This document shows positions 9,413-18,834 of a stretch of DNA of 64,000 nucleotides, one piece after another. The translations under genes and the position numbers were made by a program. A model generated the notes under the pieces. The model did no database searches. It was not told the DNA's origin and was given only the letters and a program-made list of their open reading frames with translations. Source of the DNA: a virus (taxonomy: Duplodnaviria; Caudoviricetes); the IMG/VR virus record IMGVR_UViG_3300025078_000002, positions 1 through 64,000 of that record; one strand, given 5' to 3'. Position 1 is the stretch's first letter, and each line of letters begins with the position of its first letter.

Positions 9413-9779
9413 TAAGCTTGAAAGTATATTCACTAAACGTGAATCTTTTATGAATCTTATAAAACTAAAATACCCTTCAGCATATAATAATTGGCCTGTT
9501 GACATTTCCGATAAAGCTAGTCAAGTTATATTAAGAGAAACAGCACTTAAAGGTGTTGAGGAGATGTTTGAAGCACTTGGTCATCTTAAAAACTGGAAGC
9601 CGCATAGAGACACAGATCTTCCTGAGATTAATAGGGAAGAGTTTCTAGAAGAGATAGTTGATGCATTTAATTATTTCTTTTCATTAATCATCTTGATGGG
9701 AGTTGATGTTGATGAATTTTATTGTGCGTTTAACAAAAAAGATGAGATAATAAGAGATAGAATTAGTAAAAATTACTAG
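9396..9779 (+). CDS. All-alpha NTP pyrophosphatase (dimeric dUTPase / T4 gp56 dCTPase-like)
   Basis: EEMFEALGHLKNWKPH ... FLEEIVDAFNYF ... RDRISKNY: acidic metal-binding pattern and C-terminal RxxxxY. Confidence 0.75.
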   Translation: MKNKTDKLESIFTKRESFMNLIKLKYPSAYNNWPVDISDKASQVILRETALKGVEEMFEALGHLKNWKPHRDTDLPEINREEFLEEIVDAFNYFFSLIILMGVDVDEFYCAFNKKDEIIRDRISKNY

Positions 9780-9791
9780 ATTTATATTGTG

Positions 9792-9819
9792 TGTAAATAT
9801 ACACAATATATTTTATAAT
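9792..9819 (+). promoter_or_regulatory. Putative promoter TGTAAA-N16-TATAAT
   Basis: TGTAAA 9792-9797 and TATAAT 9814-9819, upstream of the second ThyX-like gene. Confidence 0.7.
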
Positions 9820-9846
9820 AAATGGTAAGTAACAAGGAGAAAAAAT

Positions 9847-10806
9847 TTGCCAATTAATAATAACTTAGAACCTGTATTGTTGCCTATGGATCTTAAATTT
9901 GGACAAGATCCTGTAACTAATTACATTAATAACTTAGAGTCACTCAACATTGAAGTTGTAGATGCGCCTACACAAGAACAAGCACAAAAAATTGCTTGGA
10001 ATATGACTAAGGCAACTTGGGCAGATTCACCTAGCGAAACTAGATTTGAGAATGCTTCTTTCAAAGAAGCTTCAAGTAATTTGCAAGATGTTTTAAACTT
10101 TAGAGCATTACCTACACCTATGGAGTGTTTAGGTTTTACATTTAAGATAAGTGGTATTGATACACAGACTGTTACGCATCTTATTCGTCATAGAGCTGGA
10201 TCATTTGCTGCACAATGCACTGGTGACAGAGACCTTCGAAATGACAACATTTTAGTTCCTGAATCTGTTGAAAATTCAGACTTCCACCATCGTTTTATTG
10301 AAGTAGCTGCAGCAGCAAAACAACTATACGCTGATATGGTTGATTCACGTGTAGTTTCTTTAATGGACGCTAGAGTTATTCTGCCTAAGTCTCTTGAAAC
10401 ATTTTATATTGCTAGGTTTAATCTTAAAGATTTGATTGGATTTATTAAACAGCGTCAAGATATGCAAATCCAGCCTGAAGTGGATAATATTATGGCTACA
10501 CGTATTGCGAGATTAGTTGTTGAAAGAATTCCCGAGGTTGCTTCCTGTTTAGACTTTAACAAGCCTGATATGCATTATGTGAGAACTTTTAGAGTTGAAC
10601 AACCTGATGGTACATTTACGTCCAAAGGAACAAATCTTTATCACCCAGAACCTAAAAATGATTTGTTTGAATTTAATGAAAACGATTCAATTTATCCTTG
10701 CCGTCGTGAAGAGATTAATGGGAATAAATCTGGTGAGGAAAAGATTTTTACAAGAATGTGGAATGAAGACGTTGAATTTATCAACTCAGTAAAAGATCAA
10801 ATTTAA
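9847..10806 (+). CDS. Divergent ThyX-family flavoprotein (second paralog)
   Basis: THLIRHRAGSFAAQCTGDR and DARVILPKSLETFYIARFNLKDLIGFIKQR are ThyX-like; extra C-terminal region. TTG start after AAGGAG. Confidence 0.75.
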   Translation: MPINNNLEPVLLPMDLKFGQDPVTNYINNLESLNIEVVDAPTQEQAQKIAWNMTKATWADSPSETRFENASFKEASSNLQDVLNFRALPTPMECLGFTFKISGIDTQTVTHLIRHRAGSFAAQCTGDRDLRNDNILVPESVENSDFHHRFIEVAAAAKQLYADMVDSRVVSLMDARVILPKSLETFYIARFNLKDLIGFIKQRQDMQIQPEVDNIMATRIARLVVERIPEVASCLDFNKPDMHYVRTFRVEQPDGTFTSKGTNLYHPEPKNDLFEFNENDSIYPCRREEINGNKSGEEKIFTRMWNEDVEFINSVKDQI

Positions 10807-10849
10807 AGTAGAATTTTAGTTTTAAAACAGTTATAGAAGGAATATTATA

Positions 10850-11299
10850 ATGAAAAAGATTTATCTTGCAAGTGGTTGGTTCAACCCAGTCCAAGCAGAA
10901 GAACTTACTAACTTAGAAGACATTTTTGATGAAAGGAATGATTATTTTGATTTAGCGTCGCCAAGAAGGATTTTTGTTTGCCCACCTAGTGCCTCTAAAG
11001 AGGTTCAAGATGCTACTTTCGAGGGGAATTTACATCATATTCAAACAGCAGATTTTTTGCTTGTTAATACACGAGACAAGGATATCGGGACTATTTGGGA
11101 AACTGGTTACGCATACGCATTTGATAAGCCTATTATTTATTTTTGTGCAGGCTTGCCTAAAGGCGCTAAGTTTAATCTAATGTTAGCAAGAAGTGGTATT
11201 AAAGTTTGTACTTCTTTTGTTGAGCTAGAAGATTATCTAGATAGAGTTATTAAAAAGGGCGAACTCATAGAAGAGCCATACACAGATGCCATCGAATGA
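10850..11299 (+). CDS. Nucleoside 2-deoxyribosyltransferase / deoxynucleotide N-glycosidase family protein
   Basis: KIYLASGWF, ADFLLV and DIGTIWETGYAYAFDKPII (catalytic Glu motif). Confidence 0.85.
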   Translation: MKKIYLASGWFNPVQAEELTNLEDIFDERNDYFDLASPRRIFVCPPSASKEVQDATFEGNLHHIQTADFLLVNTRDKDIGTIWETGYAYAFDKPIIYFCAGLPKGAKFNLMLARSGIKVCTSFVELEDYLDRVIKKGELIEEPYTDAIE

Positions 11300-11552
11300 C
11301 ACAGAAAAATTTTGGTCATTTAAAGATACCAAAACACATAAAAGTGTTACATGTATAAGTAATGTTAACGTAGTAAGAACTTTTTTGTTTAACAGAAGTT
11401 TTCTTGTTAGAATAAGACAGGGCAAAGAAACAAAATACGTTATACCATACAAATACACATCAGTAAAATGGCCTAATGGTTTCTATACAGGCATAAGTGA
11501 TAATTTATTAGTAATGTTTACTGATGACGAAATAAAGGACGTAGTGAACTAA
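11286..11552 (+). CDS. Hypothetical protein
   Basis: Co-linear ORF overlapping the upstream stop. Confidence 0.55.
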   Translation: MPSNDTEKFWSFKDTKTHKSVTCISNVNVVRTFLFNRSFLVRIRQGKETKYVIPYKYTSVKWPNGFYTGISDNLLVMFTDDEIKDVVN

Positions 11553-11553
11553 A

Positions 11554-11763
11554 ATGAATTTAAAATATGAAAAAATATTTAAAAACTGGTCTTTTCATAA
11601 TATTATTGCGCATCCTTTAATGCAATTCTTACAATGGGCAGGAAAGAATGATTTGGCAAACAAAGTTCACGATTCTACTTTACCTGAGAGTGTTGAAGAA
11701 GAACCACCTGCAGCTAATACAGAATTAGATGATCCTGAAGCTTATAGAATTTTAAAAGATTGA
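11554..11763 (+). CDS. Hypothetical protein (HNIIAHP motif)
   Basis: Co-linear 69 aa ORF, 1 nt after the previous stop. Confidence 0.6.
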   Translation: MNLKYEKIFKNWSFHNIIAHPLMQFLQWAGKNDLANKVHDSTLPESVEEEPPAANTELDDPEAYRILKD

Positions 11764-11969
11764 GTAATAAGGCTGAAAATGATATTGGTTTAAACATTAA
11801 CGTTGGCCATGTTATAAACTACAATTTTTTATATTCAAATGAAGAAGAAAAAATAGGATTAGTTATAGACATAAAAAAAGATAGAAACTTTTATGCTATG
11901 ATTTACGTTCTATCAAACAATGAAATAGATGTCATACCTTATAATATAATAACGTATAAAGTAATTTAA
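11760..11969 (+). CDS. Small KOW/SH3-like hypothetical protein
   Basis: NVGHVINY...IGLVIDI...ends YKVI; overlap coupling with the upstream stop. Confidence 0.55.
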   Translation: MSNKAENDIGLNINVGHVINYNFLYSNEEEKIGLVIDIKKDRNFYAMIYVLSNNEIDVIPYNIITYKVI

Positions 11970-11971
11970 AA

Positions 11972-12301
11972 GTGTTTTTTAAGATAAATAACAGTTTTTT
12001 CTTGGATGAAGAAGATATTGGTAATCTTGTATGTGTAAAAATTCATCAACATTACTATAATTCAATAGATATATATGATAATTGTTTAGTGATTGACGCC
12101 ATTTATACAGATAGCAATATTAGGCCGAGTCAAATAGTATTTTTAAAAGAATCCGGTTTTATATTGAAACTTAATATGAATTATAATTCAAGTATAGAAG
12201 TTAAAAATTTATCTAGTATAAAAGAATTGAAAAGCAAAAATGATAAAAATAGGTTCTTTGATAAATATGAAAGACATTACAGCAGACAAAGAAATCAATA
12301 A
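11972..12301 (+). CDS. Hypothetical protein
   Basis: Co-linear ORF with IGNLVCVK...LVID pattern. Confidence 0.5.
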   Translation: MFFKINNSFFLDEEDIGNLVCVKIHQHYYNSIDIYDNCLVIDAIYTDSNIRPSQIVFLKESGFILKLNMNYNSSIEVKNLSSIKELKSKNDKNRFFDKYERHYSRQRNQ

Positions 12302-12425
12302 TGTCATTGTCTTGAATAAAAAAAAGACGTATTCTAATGCGATTAGAGACTATTATGTTTATGAATTGCTATATGACAACGTAGTTTATAAAAACGTTGA
12401 TATGACGAAGTATAAGGTGATATAA
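12240..12425 (+). CDS. Small KOW/SH3-like hypothetical protein
   Basis: MIKIGSLI... and ends YKVI like 11760-11969. Confidence 0.55.
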   Translation: MIKIGSLINMKDITADKEINNVIVLNKKKTYSNAIRDYYVYELLYDNVVYKNVDMTKYKVI

Positions 12426-12427
12426 AA

Positions 12428-12670
12428 ATGGAAAAGTATAGTTCATATAAGAGCGGTTTAAAAATAGGAGACTACGTTCATTACGAATACAATTGTATTT
12501 TTGCTTCTTTTGTTGAGAGAAGTTTGATTTTAGATAGAAAGCATCTTTTTACAAAAGAGACTAGATGGGGAGAACGAAGTTTTTTTGAATATTCTGTATA
12601 TAACAATGGGAACGTAAAAAAAATAAGAACACAAGATATGAGAATTATAAATCGTGAAAGGACAAGCTAA
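12428..12670 (+). CDS. Small KOW/SH3-like hypothetical protein
   Basis: LKIGDYVHY...LILDRK pattern. Confidence 0.55.
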   Translation: MEKYSSYKSGLKIGDYVHYEYNCIFASFVERSLILDRKHLFTKETRWGERSFFEYSVYNNGNVKKIRTQDMRIINRERTS

Positions 12671-12671
12671 A

Positions 12672-13661
12672 ATGAGAATTGCAATAACTGGTGAAAAAGG
12701 TTTTATCGCTAGCAACTTATCAAATAAAATTAATAAATTTAGTCATGAATTTGTATCGTTAGATGAAAGCAAATATTCAGAAGGCTATGAAACTACTGAG
12801 AGTGGTGAAGTATGTGTGTATAGTAATAGCATCGAAAAATGGTCACAGCTTCTTTCAGACTTAGATGTTGATGTTGTTATACATAATGCTGCTGTTGTAG
12901 GAACTGATGTTGTTGCGTTAAACCCGGAGCATGCAATATCAACTAATGTGTTAGGAACACACATTATAACTGAGGCAGCTAATAATACGAATACAAAGAT
13001 TGTGTATATAGGGACAACAGTTATATATGATACGTATCTTTATCAAGAAAATGAAATCTATGAGGACAGCACAATATATCCTAGAACAAATTATGCTGTT
13101 CAAAAATATGCTGGCGAAATGACTGTTAAGAATAATGCAAAAAACTGGTTAGTAGTTAGACCGTTATTTGCTTATGGTGGTGTAGGAGATATGAATTCAC
13201 TTATATCAAAGTCATTATTTTGTATACATAATAATATAAATAATATAGATATGTTTTTAAATCCTGAAAAGATAAAGGATTATATGCATGTTGAAGATTT
13301 TTGTAGTAGTGTTATGGATTTAATTGTAAACGATATTAGTTATGAAGATTTCAACATTACAGCAGAGAATCCTTATAACACGTTAGAAATAGTTAGTTTA
13401 ATTGAAGAAGTGACTAGTAGAAGTTTAGAGTCAGTTATTAAGTGGCACCCTGAAACTGATTACTTGGGAAACCATAGATTAAGTAACGATAAATTTCTAG
13501 ACGTTATAGGGAAAAGTAGAACTAGAAGTCTTAAGGAAGGAATAAGACAATCTTGGGAGTCAATAAAAGAAATGGATAAATTTAATAAGTTTAATCCACT
13601 TAAACATTTAACAGAAGCAAAAGATAAAAACATTGATTTGAAGATGTTTTTCCCTAAGTGA
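12672..13661 (+). CDS. NAD-dependent epimerase/dehydratase (extended SDR)
   Basis: IAITGEKGFIA (GxxGxxA), VVIHNAA, YAVQK (YxxxK), VRPLFAYG and KDYMHVEDF. Confidence 0.88.
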   Translation: MRIAITGEKGFIASNLSNKINKFSHEFVSLDESKYSEGYETTESGEVCVYSNSIEKWSQLLSDLDVDVVIHNAAVVGTDVVALNPEHAISTNVLGTHIITEAANNTNTKIVYIGTTVIYDTYLYQENEIYEDSTIYPRTNYAVQKYAGEMTVKNNAKNWLVVRPLFAYGGVGDMNSLISKSLFCIHNNINNIDMFLNPEKIKDYMHVEDFCSSVMDLIVNDISYEDFNITAENPYNTLEIVSLIEEVTSRSLESVIKWHPETDYLGNHRLSNDKFLDVIGKSRTRSLKEGIRQSWESIKEMDKFNKFNPLKHLTEAKDKNIDLKMFFPK

Positions 13662-13698
13662 ATTAGACTCAACCTGTAAACTAATCGCATTGTTAGAT

Positions 13699-13720
13699 AC
13701 TTACTCTTAAAGGAGTAAGT
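13699..13720 (+). promoter_or_regulatory. RBS-sequestering hairpin with overlapping ATACTTA
   Basis: ACTTACTC (13699-13706) pairs with GAGTAAGT (13713-13720) over AAGGAG at 13710-13715, 1 nt before the ATG. ATACTTA at 13697-13703. Confidence 0.7.
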
Positions 13721-13721
13721 T

Positions 13722-14489
13722 ATGGTTAGAAAAAGTACACAAGTAACATTGATATGCACAAATTGTGCTTGCGAATATAAAAAACTTGCATCAAGAGCAG
13801 AAAAATCAAAGTTTTGTTCTAAGTTATGCAAAGATAAAAAGTCAATACAATATAAGATTGAAAAATGTGTTAGCTGTCAAGAGGAGTTTAAATCTAAAAG
13901 AGGAAAGAAATATTGTTCTAGAGACTGTTATATCAAAGAGCACAAGCATGAAAGAATGGATTTGACTTGTGACTACTGCGGCGATGTTTATCAAAAACCT
14001 GTTGGTAAACCTACGAAATATTGTGGTAAGCAATGTCAGTATAAGGCTCAAAGCAGCGGTTTACATGAAATACCTTCAAATGGTAGGTTAGGTTTTAGAT
14101 ATGATTTGCCGAGCAATTACTTTTTTAAGTCATCTTTAGAGGCAGACTATGCGAGATGGTGTGAAGCTACAAAAAAACCTTATGTTTATGAGCATAAAAC
14201 ATTTACAGTTCAATATGATGGAAGAGACAAGCAGTATACACCGGACTTTTATCATCCCGATGAGGATAGATATGTAGAGTTAAAAGCAATAAGAAGAGAT
14301 AGGAAGTTTAATTCTAATCTTCTAGCTGCAGATATTTTAAAGCAGCAAGGGCTTAATATCGATGTGTTGTTAATGCATGAATTTTATAAAATAATAAAAC
14401 AAAGTGGTCATTATTGGACAGTTGACAATATAGAAAACAAAAATTATCATGGAACAAGAAGACTTATATATCTTAAGAAAACACAGTAA
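13722..14489 (+). mobile_element. Free-standing putative homing endonuclease (Cys-rich Zn-ribbon repeats plus PD-(D/E)xK domain)
   Basis: Repeated CxxCxxxF...KYCSxxC units, then FKSSLEADYA, YTPDFY and YVELKA. Confidence 0.75.
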
Positions 14490-15660
14490 AGGATTCGCGG
14501 CGTTAACTATAGTTTTGTTGGCTGCAGTCTTATCTATACTGTCATACATAGTAATACAATACGGAAGGATTTCTCTTAATGTTGTTGAAGAAAAACAAAG
14601 TTTAGATTCGTGTAGCGTGGGAGTAGGAAGAAGTATTATCAGCACAAACGATATTGAGAGTATTTGTTCTAGTGGTTTTTTGAATAGCTGTAGTGGTTTT
14701 TTGAACATGCCTGTGCCGAACATGAGTTGTGTTGACGAAGGATTAGAGTGTGATGGTGTAGGTATATGTGAAAGAGTTTTTACTATATCATCTACGTACA
14801 ATCCTGGTCGTGGAGAAGTTTCCAAGGATGTTGTAGTTAAAGTCAAGGAAGAAGAGCATGATGTGAGTATTGTAGACGCTGCTGTAATAATGTTGCTTGA
14901 TTTTAGTGGTTCTATGAATGGAAATAGAATTACACAGTTAAAAGACACAGTAAGGTCATTTATAGATTCTGATTATAATCTAAGTTACTCTGTTATTCTT
15001 TATAATAGCGACATTATAACAACATCAAATATTGGAAAAGGTCAGCAACACAAGCAATCTATACACACTATAATTAACAGCAATAATCCTGGCGGTGGGA
15101 CAAATTTTGTAAAGCCTTTGAACGAAGCATTAAATCAAATACAAACTAGCAATTACGAAGTATACTACATACTTTTGATAAGTGACGGCTCACCAAACGA
15201 AGGTATAGACTCTTCGCAAAACTTTGTTCAAAATAACGTATTAAGCTTGAACAATGATGCATGTTTATTTACTACATCACAAAATCCTTGTATTACAGTA
15301 TATACTTTGGGTGTTGACAATGCAAACCAGAGTGCTTTGCAAAGTATAAGTGGAAATACTCTTAGTCAAAATCCAGAAGAGTATAGTTATGCAGTCAATG
15401 CTAATCAAGTGCAATTAGCATTTCAAGCTATTATAGAAGAGATAATGTGTAGAATAGGACCGGTTTTAGCTGAGTTACCTATTAACGTATTTAATGGTTT
15501 AGACTTGTTAGATGAAAACATTGATTATGTATATAATGAAGATACAAAAGTGTTTAAGTTTTATGATGTTGATCCATTTTATATCTGTACTGAAATGTTG
15601 AATGATAGTGCACAATTAACTTTAAGATGGGGAGACGTGAATTTAAATGTTAGCGAGTAA
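14449..15660 (+). CDS. TadG/PilX-like N-terminal membrane anchor fused to a von Willebrand A domain
   Basis: RKHSKG|FAALTIVLLAAVLSIL hydrophobic helix; MIDAS LLDFSGSM, GGTNF and ILLISDGSPN. Confidence 0.78.
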   Translation: MEQEDLYILRKHSKGFAALTIVLLAAVLSILSYIVIQYGRISLNVVEEKQSLDSCSVGVGRSIISTNDIESICSSGFLNSCSGFLNMPVPNMSCVDEGLECDGVGICERVFTISSTYNPGRGEVSKDVVVKVKEEEHDVSIVDAAVIMLLDFSGSMNGNRITQLKDTVRSFIDSDYNLSYSVILYNSDIITTSNIGKGQQHKQSIHTIINSNNPGGGTNFVKPLNEALNQIQTSNYEVYYILLISDGSPNEGIDSSQNFVQNNVLSLNNDACLFTTSQNPCITVYTLGVDNANQSALQSISGNTLSQNPEEYSYAVNANQVQLAFQAIIEEIMCRIGPVLAELPINVFNGLDLLDENIDYVYNEDTKVFKFYDVDPFYICTEMLNDSAQLTLRWGDVNLNVSE

Positions 15661-15886
15661 TGAAAACAAACAAGAAGAGATACGATTTGTATCACAGTTA
15701 AACAAAGGTGATATTATCAATGTATTTTATCACGGAATGTGTATTAAAGAAAACTGCTTAATTGTAGAGACTATTCAAGATCACTACTTTGTTAACGGGT
15801 TGATTGTTTACCTGAATGGTTTACAAAAAGAAACTATTGATTTAGAGAATAATGACGGATTGTGGGTTACTAAGGCTGAAGTTTAG
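15647..15886 (+). CDS. Small KOW/SH3-like hypothetical protein
   Basis: LNKGDIINV...CLIVE pattern; overlaps the upstream stop. Confidence 0.5.
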   Translation: MLASNENKQEEIRFVSQLNKGDIINVFYHGMCIKENCLIVETIQDHYFVNGLIVYLNGLQKETIDLENNDGLWVTKAEV

Positions 15887-15988
15887 CCTATTCCATGCTT
15901 TGATGCATTCTTTAAATAATTGTATGCTCTTGGTAATTTTTTCTTAAGATTTTCACCATCAGAATAATATTCTAATCATATCTGGATT

Positions 15989-18754
15989 TTAAGACAGAAT
16001 TAAAGAAATGTATTTTTTAATTAGCGTCTCATTTGATTCTTGCGGATCTTGCGAGTTTTGTTTTTGTAGAAGTAGATGTCTAGTCTCACTAATTAATTTA
16101 AGTATAGATCCTTTACCAAACATTTTTTCTATATAATCTATTACAATTTTAATACCTTCGTCAGGTAAATATAAATTGGCGTCAGGTGCAAGTGTTACAG
16201 CATAATTGACGCTTCGATGTATGCCCTTAGCAATTTTAAGAACTTGCCGCTGACTCATCCCACTAAAAAACAATGATAGCAGACTAGAATTATTTGCAAC
16301 CCGTTCAAATAAATCGTTGTCACCTTCTGTATAATGTATTCTACCTAGTTCTAAACTATTCATGTGAGCTTCTGGTATTGTTTTTAGCAGAGCAATAGTC
16401 TCAAGATATTGTTCTACACCTTTCGAAGATCTTAACAAAAGCATTAAAAGATCATTAAAATGTTTTTTGCTGTTTGGTTTGATATCAATATAACTAAAAC
16501 AAGCTTCACATAAAGAGATGAGTGTCTGAAATGGTAGCTTTATTTCATAACTAATCCATCTTAAATACATTTGGAGATTGCTAATATCTGGAGGAATATC
16601 ACCTGAAATTATTCCTGAAACTAATGCTTCAGCGTATTCTTTGTTCTTTGTTTCAACTTTTCTATTATTTTTAAGTATTAATCGGGTTTCTGCAGGCGTT
16701 TGTGATTGCTTGAGTTCATCAATTAAAGGACTCCAATTGTTTGCAGTGTCAAGCTTTTGATTAATAAATTGGTGGTATTTCTGGTTTGTAATCTGCCTTT
16801 TAATGTTTTCATCTCTAATGTCTAATAAATTTTGTTCAACACCCTGTCTAGCTTTTGTGCCTAATCTATCGATGTCTTCAAAAATTATATCAATTATTTT
16901 ATTTAAAAGATCAATTCTTACACAGCTTATTATTTCATTCTGGAATAAGGTAAAAACACCACGAGTCATATTGTCAATAGATCCTGCAATTTGTGCTGAA
17001 GAAATCGTATCAAGCTCTTCAAACAGAAACTGCTGAATTTCAGGTAATTCTGTAAAGTATTTTCTTTCCCAAGGAAGCTTGCAAATTGCTGTTTTATAGT
17101 CTTTGTTTTTTGTCGGAAAGTAAAAAGTAAGCATTTTTATTAAAACATCAAGTATATCTTGGCCAGTAAGATTATCTAAGCGACTTCGATATCTTGCTAA
17201 TTGAGCAACTTGATACAATTCTACGTTCATCATTAAACGACTATTGTCAAGACTGTTTAACTTATTTAGAGACTTTCTAGAAAATAACATATCATTTACA
17301 GATAAGTGGCCGCCATATTGTATGTTACGAAAAACTAACATACCATAGCTGACTTTGTCTGCATTTTCTATGTAAATATCAATAAACCTTTCGAAATCTT
17401 TTTTTGTAACACTTTGCTTGTTTATTGGAGAAGTTATTACATCTAAAAATCTTGGAAAATAATAATTAACGTCATTGTCTGTGAAATAGTTTATTTTTTT
17501 ACAAAGTTCAGTTATTAAGTTTAAGCATTCTAAGTGAATATTTTCTATGTTGTTTTGGTCAACTTTAAAGGCTTGTAATGGATTACCACCTGTGCCAACA
17601 GCTTTATTTATTTTGTTTTTTGTATTTGAAAATAAAACGTGGTTAATAAACATACTTTCTATTTTTAAGTTATCATTAACAACTAAGTCATAAACCTTTT
17701 GTATTGTTTCGTATGTTAGCTCAGGAGAGTCTGCAACTTTATTGATTTCATTGCACCAATAAAGTGTAGGCAAAAGTCCTTCTACACTTTGTAGTTGATC
17801 TTGTTTAAAGTCTTCTTCGTCAACATCGTTTTCTTGCGCAATATCATTTAGCGTTTCAAAGTCTATGTCTAGTGCTAGCTTTTGGTCTGGAAAAAAACTC
17901 GAAACATTTGAATGCCATTCTACTTCTTTACCTACAACTCTACCTAATTCTACAACTTTTGCTTTTCTTTGAGGATTGTAAACAACGCAAACAGGTCCGT
18001 CATGGTCACCTCTAAATATAATACCGTCTATGACAGAAGTTAAATACTTGGGTGTATAATTACCCATGACGTATTTAGTAAAAGAAAAAGCAGAAGATGA
18101 AGTTAGATTTTTATTGTTAGGATCGTCCACTAAATAACTAGTCCCATTTATTCGTTGTGTTAATGGAGTGCAATATTGTTTTAAGTCTTCTTTTGTTTTC
18201 GCAAATAATTCGTCTTTTGCAAGAGAAGAAAACTTTTCATCAAACAACTTTTCTATCTGGTCTTCTAGCTTCCATTTATCACCGTGAATTTGTTTAGCCA
18301 AATCTTCAAAAAATATAATATAATTGCTAATGTCAACTTCAAATTTAAAACATATATCCCCATACAAATGAACAATAGAAGGGTTAAAATCGTAACATGT
18401 ATATAATCCTGGGCCGTACATATCTCCGTGGCCAGGTGTAAACCCAGTTCCCACTGTATATGGGTCTGATAGCAGTTCTGTAATTCCTTGAAACTCTATA
18501 TCGCTTTTACTTTGCTTGGTTACACCACTCATGGCTTTATCATAAGTAACTCTATTAATAATGTTTCTAGCACGATCTTTGACTTTTCTTGGCTTGCTAG
18601 GCTTAAAAGGTTTTTCTGTATCTTTTACATAAGACGAGTAATCTTTAAACTTTTTTGCACCTGTTAAGTGATAAACTGAAAGCTTGTTTCCTCTTAGCTC
18701 TATTCCTTTATTTTCTTTAATAAGAAAATTTTCTTTTAAACTGTACTTTGTCAT
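15989..18754 (-). CDS. Large protein (921 aa) with [LI]xE leader and N-terminal ADP-ribosyltransferase-like domain
   Basis: Start MTKYSLKENFLIKE after an AAGG RBS. VYHLTG, YGPGLYTCYD and DGIIF resemble PARP/ART-fold strands; helical C-terminal part. Confidence 0.65.
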   Translation of the reverse strand: MTKYSLKENFLIKENKGIELRGNKLSVYHLTGAKKFKDYSSYVKDTEKPFKPSKPRKVKDRARNIINRVTYDKAMSGVTKQSKSDIEFQGITELLSDPYTVGTGFTPGHGDMYGPGLYTCYDFNPSIVHLYGDICFKFEVDISNYIIFFEDLAKQIHGDKWKLEDQIEKLFDEKFSSLAKDELFAKTKEDLKQYCTPLTQRINGTSYLVDDPNNKNLTSSSAFSFTKYVMGNYTPKYLTSVIDGIIFRGDHDGPVCVVYNPQRKAKVVELGRVVGKEVEWHSNVSSFFPDQKLALDIDFETLNDIAQENDVDEEDFKQDQLQSVEGLLPTLYWCNEINKVADSPELTYETIQKVYDLVVNDNLKIESMFINHVLFSNTKNKINKAVGTGGNPLQAFKVDQNNIENIHLECLNLITELCKKINYFTDNDVNYYFPRFLDVITSPINKQSVTKKDFERFIDIYIENADKVSYGMLVFRNIQYGGHLSVNDMLFSRKSLNKLNSLDNSRLMMNVELYQVAQLARYRSRLDNLTGQDILDVLIKMLTFYFPTKNKDYKTAICKLPWERKYFTELPEIQQFLFEELDTISSAQIAGSIDNMTRGVFTLFQNEIISCVRIDLLNKIIDIIFEDIDRLGTKARQGVEQNLLDIRDENIKRQITNQKYHQFINQKLDTANNWSPLIDELKQSQTPAETRLILKNNRKVETKNKEYAEALVSGIISGDIPPDISNLQMYLRWISYEIKLPFQTLISLCEACFSYIDIKPNSKKHFNDLLMLLLRSSKGVEQYLETIALLKTIPEAHMNSLELGRIHYTEGDNDLFERVANNSSLLSLFFSGMSQRQVLKIAKGIHRSVNYAVTLAPDANLYLPDEGIKIVIDYIEKMFGKGSILKLISETRHLLLQKQNSQDPQESNETLIKKYISLILS

Positions 18755-18779
18755 TATAAGCCTTGTTATATCTTTTATG

Positions 18780-18808
18780 TGTAAATATAAATATAATGTT
18801 GTTATAAT
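18780..18808 (+). promoter_or_regulatory. Putative promoter TGTAAA-N17-TATAAT upstream of dnaE fragment 1
   Basis: TGTAAA 18780-18785 and TATAAT 18803-18808 in the divergent intergenic region. Confidence 0.6.
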
Positions 18809-18834
18809 AAATAAAAACAAGAAAGGTATATAAT

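Noticed and set aside
13675-13702. TGTAAA upstream of the first endonuclease as an early promoter
   Set aside because: No TATAAT at 16-17 nt spacing.
15883-15975. 30-codon open minus-strand stretch (LEYYSDGENLKKKLPRAYNYLKNASKHGIG*) as another orphan tail
   Set aside because: Position fits the scar pattern, but an open run of this length has roughly 8% chance probability and no parent gene is recognisable.
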